Positions 1-9,932 of a DNA stretch of 64,000 bases are shown here, one piece after another. The translations under genes were made by a program, and so were the position numbers. The DNA is from Rhynchopus sp. YZ270_cl-10 (taxonomy: Eukaryota): the NCBI GenBank assembly GCA_964035575.1, contig OZ037833.1, positions 1,302,001 to 1,366,000 of the forward strand, given 5' to 3'. The notes under the pieces were generated by a model that saw only the letters and a list, made by a program, of their open reading frames with translations, made no database searches and was not told the origin of the DNA. Within the stretch, counting starts at the first letter, position 1. Each line of letters starts with the position of its first letter.

Positions 1-1
1 A

Positions 2-211
2 GAGGACATCGCGGTGCTGCAGGCGTGCGACGGCATCTGGGACTGCATGAGTGATGCGGAGGTCGGCGACTTCGTTGTCTCACGCCTCCAAAAAGGCCTC
101 CCACACACCGAGATCGCAGAAGCCATCTGCAACCACTGCCTTGCCCCTGAAATATGCGAGTCCGGATTAGGCACAGACAATATGAGTCTGCACCTTCTGG
201 TTATGCGGTGA
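2..211 (+). CDS. Protein phosphatase 2C (PPM family), C-terminal part, truncated by window start
   Basis: Translation EDIAVLQACDGIWDCMS...GLGTDNMS contains the PP2C motifs (A)CDG(I)WD and G..DN; stop TGA at 209-211. Confidence 0.85.
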   Translation, partial: EDIAVLQACDGIWDCMSDAEVGDFVVSRLQKGLPHTEIAEAICNHCLAPEICESGLGTDNMSLHLLVMR

Positions 212-544
212 CGTGGAGGGGGGGGTCCTCAGGGAGGAGTTAGTTTAAAAGTGATGTAGTTGTGTTGGGTTTGGGGGAGTGGGGGGGTTGAGTGGGTATT
301 GCGTACTACACGTTTTTATGAAAAAAAAAAAAAAAAGCAAAAAAAAATATTCAGAAAAATTTTATATGAAGAAGGAAAAATAGTCCAGAAAAAAAGATAA
401 AGGAAATTACCCTTTCCCGTACTTTCTTCCAAACGTTGTCCCGTTTTTTTTTAAAAAGTGATTTGGTTTTTTGATCTCATATTATGCGTGTGTAATGTTG
501 TACAGAACAACTTTTTTTTTTTTTTTTTTTTTTTTGCGATTTTC

Positions 545-993
545 CATGGATGTAGAAAGTACGTGACGAAAAAAAAGTACTTTTTTTCCAAAAATCGGGT
601 TACGTGATACTTCACGTACGTGACGTTTTTTGAAAAAGTATTTTACGTGATTTACGTGATTTCGAAAAAAAAACGAAAAAAAGTACTTTTTTTTTTTTGA
701 AAAAAAAAAAGTACTTTTTTTTTCACGTGAAAATCAACGTACGTGAAAATATTGGAGCGTTTTCGGCCATAAAAATGCCCGAAAACACCCGCATTTGCAT
801 TTCCGGAATCCGCCCATTCTGTGGTGGGGGATATACAGAAAAATGGACAAAATTTTAGTGGCTAAAATTTTCACGAAATATGAACCCACACCCAAATGGG
901 TAAAAAAGTACTTTTTTTTTTTCATTTTTCGTCACGTACTTTTTTACTTTTTTTTTTTAAAAAAAAGTACGTGAAGTACTTTCTACATCCATG
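545..993. mobile_element. MITE with 18-bp TIR CATGGATGTAGAAAGTAC and internal GTAC/ACGTGA motifs
   Basis: Perfect inverted termini at 545-562 and 976-993; flanks ATTTTC and AATTTTC (imperfect TSD); ~770-900 resembles the interior of the hAT element at 2939-3815. Confidence 0.75.
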
Positions 994-1020
994 AATTTTC
1001 TTTTCAAAAAAAAAAAAAAA

Positions 1021-1072
1021 TAGTGGAGCACACTCTAGGGTGGCTACACTAATACAACCAAGTTTTCAAAAA
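1021..1072 (+). repeat. Short (~50 bp) dispersed repeat TAGTGGAGCACACTCTAGGGTGGCTACACTAATACAACCAAGTTTTC(A)n
   Basis: Near-identical copies at ~8000, 19107 and 46676 (+) and ~47122-47174 (-); partial copies near 29615 and 58367. Confidence 0.85.
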
Positions 1073-1198
1073 ACAAACAAACAAAAATCTTCCCCTCCCG
1101 ACATTGAGTAAAGTCTTTACCCAGTAAAGTGTGTGTCGTCACAGTAACAAAACAAATACCATAGTTGGTTGTTCTGCACACAAACAAAAATAAAAAAA

Positions 1199-1625
1199 CA
1201 TAGATACAGAATGCGCATCATGCGCAAATTGTGTAAAAAACACAAATTGTCATGCGCATATTTTTTTGTGTTTTTTCTAAGAGAAAAACACAAAATTTTG
1301 CGCATTTAGAAAAACACACAAAATTTTGCGCGTCATGCGCATTATGCGCATTCTGATGCGCATATTTTTTGTGTGTTTTTCTAAAATGCGCATGTTTTTT
1401 TGTGTTTTTTTGGTATGCGCATCACACATATGCGTTATGCGCATACCAAAAAAACACAAAAAGACATGCGCATGAAGAAAAACACAAAAAAATATGCGCA
1501 TCCACTTTTGTTTTTTTGTATGCGCATGACATAAAAAAAACACACAAAAAACATGCGCATAACACAATTATGCGCATTATGCGCATTATGCGCATCATGC
1601 GCATGATGCGCATTCTCTAGCTATG
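1199..1625. mobile_element. MITE with ~28-bp TIR CATAG(A/C)TA(C/G)AGAATGCGCATCATGCGCA, filled with TGCGCA palindromes
   Basis: Inverted termini with 2 mismatches; A6 on both flanks (compatible with a 6-bp TSD); numerous ATGCGCAT motifs. Confidence 0.75.
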
Positions 1626-2547
1626 AAAAAAGGGCTGGTTTTTTTGTTTTTTTTCGTTTTTTTTGTACAGTGTGTCCACTCCTCCGGGTGGTCGACACTG
1701 ATGCAGTCATTAAGCTCTCAAAGAAAAAACACAATCAACCTGAATTGATGCACGCAAGCCTCCACAAGCGTGCACAAAACGTGAACACAACGGTACCCAA
1801 TGTGTCACGAAGAACGTGGTCAACAAAAAGGTGGAGATTTGCACAAACTGTGGCAACTACACTAATCAAACAATTTTATCAAAAAAACAAAAAAAAACAA
1901 AAACCAAAAAGGTCCGAGTGAAGATTGTCTGAATGTCAGCTACACTACATCGTACATAATAAAATGCCAATTTATTCCAACCAAAAACCCAATGAAAAAA
2001 GAGGTGGGGATCCTTGCATGTACAACCCACCTGACACGCCCCAGGTTCTGCTTCGTCCCGGGAGTGTCAAGAACACGGTGTTCACACTAAAAACAGGCCT
2101 TTTGCTAACTTTGGGATTTTCCCCCTGAATGGCATGATGGTCAAAAAAAATAATTTCCTGGAAAAAAAGTACATTCCGAGCTTTCCCACCTGGTAAAAGC
2201 GGTCGTCGCGCGCTTCGCGCGCGCCTCCCTGCCAGCCACAGGGTGGAGAGGCGAAGGGTCAGTTTTGCGAGATAACAAAAACGGAATCTAATCCTTTATT
2301 AACGGTCCTTGGTCTTGCGCCTTACGTACACTAACCGTACAAAATCAATACGTCTTCCAGAAGCAGGGGCTGTTGCAACGGTTGGGTCAAGTTTCATTTC
2401 TGGCTGAAAAATGCAAGGGAATCCCCTTTGACATTGTAAAATGGCACCGTAGGCAGGAAGAAAATAGCGTACAGCGCGAGCGAAGCGAGCGGGAATTTTT
2501 TTTTGAGGTATACCTCCGCGAGCGCAGCGAGCAGAAAAATTTTAAGG

Positions 2548-2618
2548 TGCCATCATGCCATCATGCCATCATGCCATCATGCCATCATGCCATCATGCCA
2601 TCATGCCATCATGCCATC
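2548..2618. repeat. Octamer tandem repeat (TGCCATCA)n
   Basis: About 9 perfect units; inverted copies TGGCATGATGG at ~2130 and 2673-2741. Confidence 0.85.
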
Positions 2619-2938
2619 TGGGGGGAAATCCCCAGGTGATGGAGAGCGAAAGCCCTGCCTCACCACCCCCCGTGGCATGATGGTGGCATGATGGAAAAAA
2701 AAATAAAAAACGCCCAAAAACGTGGCATGATGGCATGATGGTTAGCAAAAGGCCTGCACTAAAAAAATTTTTCAAAAAAAAAAAAAAAAAAACCAAAAAA
2801 AAACACACTGCGCCCTACCTCGTGTAGGTGATTGTCGACACACACACAAAAAAGGTGCCACAATATTCCGAAAGAAAAAAAAGCAACTCAGGTTCAGTTC
2901 TGTGATTTATGTTTCCCCCCCCCTTCCCCTTCCCCAAC

Positions 2939-3815
2939 CAGTGGTCGCGCTAATTATGGGAAAAAATGGGGAAAAAATGGATTTCGGGTACGGAAAAACG
3001 TTCCTTGAAAAGGTTAGCTGGGGAGGCCCGGAAACCCCGTTTTGTGGCATTTCCGGGCCAATCCCGGCTTGTGGTGGGGTATATACGGAAAAATGGACAA
3101 AATTTTAGTGACTTAAATTTTCGCAAAATATGAACCCATACTCGTAAACAAGGGTCATTTTCAGGAAAATTCGGAAAATTCCGAGATTTGGAAGCAATAT
3201 TTCTCCTGAAAATCAGTGGGTTTTCAGCCCCAAAACATACCGCGATTGGAATTTCCGGAATCCGTCCGCGCTGTGGTGGGGTCACTTTGCCGAAATGGCC
3301 AATTTTTTGGTTTTGGTCAAAATCCATGTGGGTAAAGAGGGCCAATGTAAATCCCACAACCAGATTTTCTCTCCCTGATCCTGACGTCTTGCAACATGAA
3401 AATGCGCGAAAACACCGGCATTTGCATTTCCGGAATTCGTCCGTTCTGTGGTGGGGTCAATTTGCCGAAATGGACAAGTTCTTGGTTTTGGTCAAAACCC
3501 GTCAGTGTAAGGTAAAGGGGGCAAGTGTTTGCCTGTAGAAACTGGAAGGGAACAGGCAGCGCCGCAGGCGCACGGTAACCAACTTTTTTTTTTTTTCTCT
3601 TTTTTTTTTTTTTCTCCTCTTTCTTTTGACTTTCCGAGCCAATTGCGTTCCACGGCGGGGTCACATGTATATGCAAGTCCACTATGTGGTGGTCTTACTC
3701 AACAATATTAGAACTTCTGGTTTCTTAATGAAATCCCCGTACTGCAAAAAAAAAACGTTCCTACCAAAACCCCCAAAAATCCCGGGATGAGGGATGGACT
3801 TTAGCGCGAGCTCTG
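2939..3815 (+). mobile_element. Non-autonomous hAT-type element, copy 1
   Basis: Termini CAGTGGTCGCGCTAA / TTAGCGCGAGCTCTG; perfect 8-bp TSD TCCCCAAC; near-identical inverted copy at 61167-62045. Confidence 0.9.
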
Positions 3816-4306
3816 TCCCCAACAGGGGGTTTTTTTTTATTTTGCGTTTGCAGAAAAAAAGGAAGGATGTACGTGTTACACCCTTTAGTGCTTACTGTTT
3901 GTGTTATAAATAGTAAGTATATGAATGTATTCTGCGTTTTGCGCGAAACATCTCTTTATCTTAGATGTAAACCACGAAATGGATTGTAGGATCTTGTGTG
4001 GTTGGGGTCCACCCAACGATGGACCCCAACCACTGATCATGTACCAAAGGTACACATGCCGCGAGAGGGCTGTTGTATTTCAAATCAACTTATTTTCTAG
4101 ACGAGAGAACCCACGCAAACGAGAGGCTCAGGTTCATCTCAGTAACGTTTCTTTCTGTGTTCCCCCTCACATAAAAGTGCAAGGTGCTAATATACCCCCC
4201 CAATCTCTTTTTGGAAAGTGGAGATGTGCACAACTGTGGCAACACAACGGAGGCAACTACACTACTCCAAACAATTTATCAAACAAAAACAAAAAAAAAA
4301 AACAAA

Positions 4307-5544
4307 TGGTGTGGCTGAAGGGGGGGTGCTATTTTCTGCTACTTTCTGCTACTTTCTGCTATTTTCTGCTATTTTCTGCTATTTTGGGGGTCTGGATTTT
4401 TTTTATTTTTTGGCCGTGGTTTGGGCTTTTGCTAAAGGGAGGGGAAATGAGGGACTCCTGACCCCAGCCAGTCCCCAAAACACCTACCAAAGATGCAGAA
4501 CAAGGTTTTTTCGAGCAAAAAAGCGTAAAAAATAAGAGCAATTTTAGCAAAAAAAAAAATGTATTTATTTGTCCCGATATAGACCAGGTGCTGTACTGTG
4601 TACTGTGTACTGTGTACTGTGTACTGTGTACTGTGTACTGTGTACTGTGTACTGTGTACTGTGTACTGTGTACTGTGTACTGTGTACTGTGTACTGTGTA
4701 CTGTGTACTGTGTACTGTGTACTGTGTACTGTGTACTGTGTACTGTGTACTGTGTACTGTGTACTGTGTACTGTGTACTGTGTACTGTGTACTGTGTACT
4801 GTGTACTGTGTACTGTGTACTGTGTACTGTGTACTGTGTACTGTGTACTGTGTACTGTGTACTGTGTACTGTGTACTGTGTACTGTGTACTGTGTACTGT
4901 GTACTGTGTACTGTGTACTGTGTACTGTGTACTGTGTACTGTGTACTGTGTACTGTGTACTGTGTACTGTGTACTGTGTACTGTGTACTGTGTACTGTGT
5001 ACTGTGTACTGTGTACTGTGTACTGTGTACTGTGTACTGTGTACTGTGTACTGTGTACTGTGTACTGTGTACTGTGTACTGTGTACTGTGTACTGTGTAC
5101 TGTGTACTGTGTACTGTGTACTGTGTACTGTGTACTGTGTACTGTGTACTGTGTACTGTGTACTGTGTACTGTGTACTGTGTACTGTGTACTGTGTACTG
5201 TGTACTGTGTACTGTGTACTGTGTACTGTGTACTGTGTACTGTGTACTGTGTACTGTGTACTGTGTACTGTGTACTGTGTACTGTGTACTGTGTACTGTG
5301 TACTGTGTACTGTGTACTGTGTACTGTGTACTGTGTACTGTGTACTGTGTACCTTATGATCCGTTTGTGGAGTGGGAGGGGGTTTCCGGGTTTGCGGGCT
5401 GGCCAAGTTGCCTTCCCTCGTCCATCATGAGCCACACCACCACCCAGCTACCAAACCCAAAAAAAACCCCCCAAAGTGCTATTTTCTGCTATTTTCTGCG
5501 ATTTTCTGCTATTTTCTGCTATTTTGGGGTCGTCAGCCACACCA
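4307..5544. mobile_element. TG...CA element with TIR TGGTGTGGCTGA and 5-bp TSD, containing a heptamer satellite
   Basis: TSD ACAAA on both sides; internal GCTATTTTCT decamer repeats near both ends; 150-bp relative at 50852-51001. Confidence 0.75.
4592..5352 (+). repeat. Perfect heptamer satellite (TGTACTG)n, ~108 units
   Basis: Directly visible; it generates the spurious YCVLCTV/HSTQYTV ORFs. Confidence 0.98.
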
Positions 5545-5574
5545 ACAAAAAAAAAAAAAAAATACATACAAAAC

Positions 5575-7346
5575 CAGGGAAGTTCCTAAGTGGGACCGAG
5601 AACATGAAATTCTGGATTTTAGTTTTTTTTTCCTTTTTTTTTTTCCTTTTTTTCCTTAGGGGGCTTTCTTGTGGTTTCTGGTGGGTTTCACTGTAGGTGA
5701 CACACCACCAGTGTGGTGAAATGGTCGAAACTCTCAAAAGCAAGAGTTTTCAGGGGGCAAGAAAAAAAAATTGACAACAAAATCCTTCACTGTCCAGGGC
5801 TGTACCCCCAATTTTTTTTTTGCCTGCGGCGCCATTTTTCATTTTTTGCTCTGCAAAAAAGGGTTCGTTGGAAGCTAGATTTTTACACTGTACTCAAATT
5901 TTTTTGCCTGCGGCGCCATTTATATTATTTTTTGCTCCGCAAAAAGAGAAGTGCAACGCCTCACCGTTCATCGGCGGAAGCACTGGTTCCACGGGTTATC
6001 GAACCCCAGAGAGCACTTCATTGGCATGCACGCGGTTACCGCGAGGGAGCGTGTATGCAGGTACAAAATCACTGCCCCATCCAAATAATATTCCCAACGT
6101 CTTTGGGGATCCCCTTGCATTTTGCAGCCAAAAATGCAACTAGACCAAAGCAAAAAGTTCCGCGCGAGTGTAGCGCGCCCGGGTTTGGGACCCCTTTTTG
6201 AATTTCGAGGGGCGGTTAAAGTGGGCCCAGAATCACAGTTCTGACACTCATTTAGCATTGTGAGCAACTCACTAGTGGTCGTAACCAAAATTTGTATCAA
6301 TCAAGAACTTGTCCATTTTCTCGAAATGACCCCACTACAGTGAGGGTAGAGCTCGGAAAGCCCGAAAAAGGGCAAAAAACCCCACCCAAAAAAAGGAAAA
6401 AAACGGGAACATAAATCCAGAATTTTGCTGTTTTTTCCGAGAACAAGGAACAACCCTGTGTACAGGGAAGTTCCTAAGTGGGACCGAGAACATGAAATTC
6501 TGGATTTTAGTTTTTTTTTCCTTTTTTTTTTTCCTTTTTTCCTTAGGAGGCTTTCTTGTGGTTTCTGGTGGGTTTCACTGTAGGTGACACACCACCAGTG
6601 TGGTGAAATGGTCGAAACTCTCAAAAGCAAGAGTTTTCAGGGGGCAAGAAAAAAAAAATTGACACCAAAATCCTGCACCATCCAGGGCTGTACCCCCAAT
6701 TTTTTTTTGCCTGCGGCGCCATTTTTCATTTTTTGCTCTGCAAAAAAGGGTTCGTTGGAAGCTAGATTTTTACACCGTACCCAAAAATTTTTGCCTGCGG
6801 CGCCATTTATATTATTTTTTGCTCCGCAAAAAGAGAAGTGCAAACGCCTCACCATTCATCGGCGGAAGCACTGGCTCCACGGGTTATCGAACCCCAGAGA
6901 GCACTTCATTGGCATGCACACGGTTGCCACGAGGGAGCGTATGCCGGTACAAAATCACTGCCCCATCCAAATAATATTCCCAACGTCTTTGGGGATCCCC
7001 TTGCATTTTGCAGCCAAAATGCAACTAGACCAAAGCTGCAAAAAGTTCCGCGCGCGTGTAGCGCGCCCGGGTTTGGGACCCCTTTTTGAATTTCGAGGGG
7101 CGGTTAAAGTGGCCCAGAATCACAGTTCTGACACTCATTTAGCATTGTGAGCAACGCACTAGTGGTCGTAACCAAAATTTATATCAATCAAGAACTTGTC
7201 CATTTTCTCGAAATGACCCCACTACAGTGAGGGTAGAGCTCGGAAAGCCCGAAAAAGGGCAAAAAACCCCACCCAAAAAAAAGGAAAAAAACGGGAACAT
7301 AAATCCAGAATTTTGCTGTTTTTTCCGAGAACAAGGGGCAACCCTG
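5575..7346 (+). mobile_element. Head-to-tail dimer of an ~885-bp hAT-type non-autonomous element (5575-6458 and 6463-7346)
   Basis: Each unit runs CAGGG...CCCTG; a single 8-bp TSD TACAAAAC flanks the pair; 4-bp spacer TGTA between the units. Confidence 0.85.
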
Positions 7347-9230
7347 TACAAAACTCGGGTCTTTCCCCCCTATTCACCATTTCCCCCAGTCCTCCCCCCT
7401 GATTGGAATAGTAGTTACTGTCTTGCGCCCACTTCTTCCCCTTCAAAAAGTAAGAGGAACGCGTGGTGAGACGACATTATTACTTTTTTTTGGTACGTTG
7501 TCACGAGAGGGCTTTGTATTTCAAATCAAAAAAGAAAAGTAGAGATTTTCACAAAAAAAAAAAAAACTGTGGCAAACACAGCCCGAGGCAACTACACAAA
7601 ACTCCAACAATTTATCAAAAAATATTTTTTTTTGAAAGATATATTCCCACCCCCTTTTCTTTTGCAATCTGTTCCTGAGGGCTTTGGGTCAAGGAGGTTC
7701 ACACTATATACGCTACGAGGGGAAAAAGTCTGACAAAAAGTGAACACTCATGCACGGACCACCCGGGCACTTAGGCGATTGTCGGGACAAAGAAGATACA
7801 AAGTGTATGCAAAAATAGCCCCAACCTCTAGAGGGAAGGATGCGACCAATGGTTTAATCTTTTTGGTCTTTAATGTCTGTTGTTAGAAGTGTTGTGGTAG
7901 CACTGCCCCCCTTTCCCCTCCCCTTTATCTCTCTTTGTTCAATGTATTGAGCAAAGGAGACAGGTGTCGCAGTGTGTTTTTTTTTTTTTTAAAGTTAGAT
8001 AGTGGAGCACACTCTAGGGTGGCTACACTACACTAATACAACCAAGTTTTCAAAAAGAGTTCTTTTAAGTCCAGCCTTGGGGCAACATTGGAGTACAGAT
8101 CCTGCACTATAGTAGGTGATTGTCAACAAAAGATGCAAACATGTCATCTTGGAGTGTTTTATGTTTGTTTTCTTTTTTCAAAAAATAAAAAAAGAATGTT
8201 TCAGATTTTTGTTTCCGTGCACACACCTTTCTTCTTTGTCCCCCCCCCTTTCAGATATCAACCTCGAAATGCATATAGGACTTTGCATAGTTGGGTGTCC
8301 ACTCGCTCCCACGGTGCACTGTCGGTCATGCCACCAAGGTACGATGTCACAGAAAGGACTTTTTTGTATTCCAAGCCAAAACAAATTTTTTTTCTTTTTT
8401 TTTGACGTGCTCAGGCACCTTAATGCCGGTTGGTGACAAAAGGTGACTAAACACGAGAGGCTTAGGTTCATCTTATAAATTTCCTTTTTATTCGTGTTTT
8501 CCCGCACGGTAACGACAGTGATAACGACGTGTGCACGAGAGGCACATACATCTTTCAACTTTTCTTTACCCCCCCCTTTGTTGCACGATGTGAGTGTATG
8601 TTTGTATCCCTTCTTCAGTTCCCCCTTCTCTTTCCCCCCAATACATACAGTCCCCTCCTTCCCGATACCCCTTCCAGCGTGACAGTGTGGGTTCTTTTGC
8701 TTTGTGTTCGTGGTGCTTAAGATTAACCAGAGAGGCTTAGGTTCATCTTGCAAACTATATATTTTTTTTTTCTTTGGGCATTTTTTTTTTTATATTTTTC
8801 TCATGCATTGATTTCCTTTCACATTTGATCCTTTTTTTGCAGCAATTAAAAAAGGAATGTATCGTTTTACGTCCTTCATGCTTTCTTTTGATTGGAAAGT
8901 ACATAAAATTGTTTTTTCTCATGCATGGAAAAGGGGATGGGGGTTTTATAAGAGTTTTTTTTTTTTTATAAAGCGCAGATAGTGAAATGACACTTTCAAC
9001 CTGTGCGGGCACTGCCAATAGATCATCAGTTCAATCTCCACAACCACTTTTGGACTTTATACACCGCTGCGACTCTTTGTGTTTGAAATTCGTTTACGCA
9101 TACGTAATTGTGCGGAGTGTTATCCACACTATGTGTGTCTGAAAGCATGTGTGGATGGTTCTCAGAGTGGGAACATTGTTCAAATGTGTGTGAACTAAGG
9201 TGTAGTGTGTGGAGTGTGTACATGATGTCG

Positions 9231-9470
9231 GTGTGTGTGTGTTGTGTGTTGTGTGTTGTGTGTTGTGTGTTGTGTGTTGTGTGTTGTGTGTTGTGTGTTG
9301 TGTGTTGTGTGTTGTGTGTTGTGTGTTGTGTGTTGTGTGTTGTGTGTTGTGTGTTGTGTGTTGTGTGTTGTGTGTTGTGTGTTGTGTGTTGTGTGTTGTG
9401 TGTTGTGTGTTGTGTGTTGTGTGTTGTGTGTTGTGTGTTGTGTGTTGTGTGTTGTGTGTTGTGTGTTGTG
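9231..9470 (+). repeat. Heptamer microsatellite (TGTGTTG)n, left part of the retrotransposon target (continues at 14203-14238)
   Basis: About 33 units on the left and about 5 on the right of the element, in the same phase. Confidence 0.95.
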
Positions 9471-9932
9471 GGGTTTATGATCGTACTCCTAGTGGTCAAA
9501 AGAAATCAAAATAAAAAACAATAACAACAAAGGGAGAGTGAGGGAGGAATCAGTTATCAATTGGCACCGTTAGTGCGAAATGTACGTGCGGGGAGGAGCT
9601 AGAGTGGGGAAAACGGAAAAAGCGAAAAATGAATTTTTTCTGCTGAAAATGGTGGTATTTTGTTTTTCCCAGCCCTCCCCGGTTCCTACCCTGCCAAAGC
9701 AGGAGGTAAAAAGAAATAGCAGCCCGACGCCCACCTTTTTTGTTTAAAGTACTCTCAAACCCCACATAACGCACTTCCAGTGCCTTACAGTGCTGCTATA
9801 TGTGGGGTTTATGATCGTACTCCTAGTGGTCAAAAGAAATCAAAATAAAAAACAATAACAACAAAGGGAGAGTGAGGGAGGAATCAGTTATCAATTGGCA
9901 CCGTTAGTGCGAAATGTACGTGCGGGGAGGAG

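Noticed and set aside
3960..4140. Degenerate dispersed repeat (TACACTGTCACGAGAGGGC / ACGAGAGGCTTAGGTTCATC), also ~8250-8480, 18262-18375, 23580-23670 and 38575
   Set aside because: Real similarity, but boundaries and type could not be defined; probably an old transposon relic.
4359..5696. Long ORFs (HSTQYTV)n / (YCVLCTV)n, also at 62452-63465 and 9026-9524
   Set aside because: Translations of stop-free heptamer satellites.
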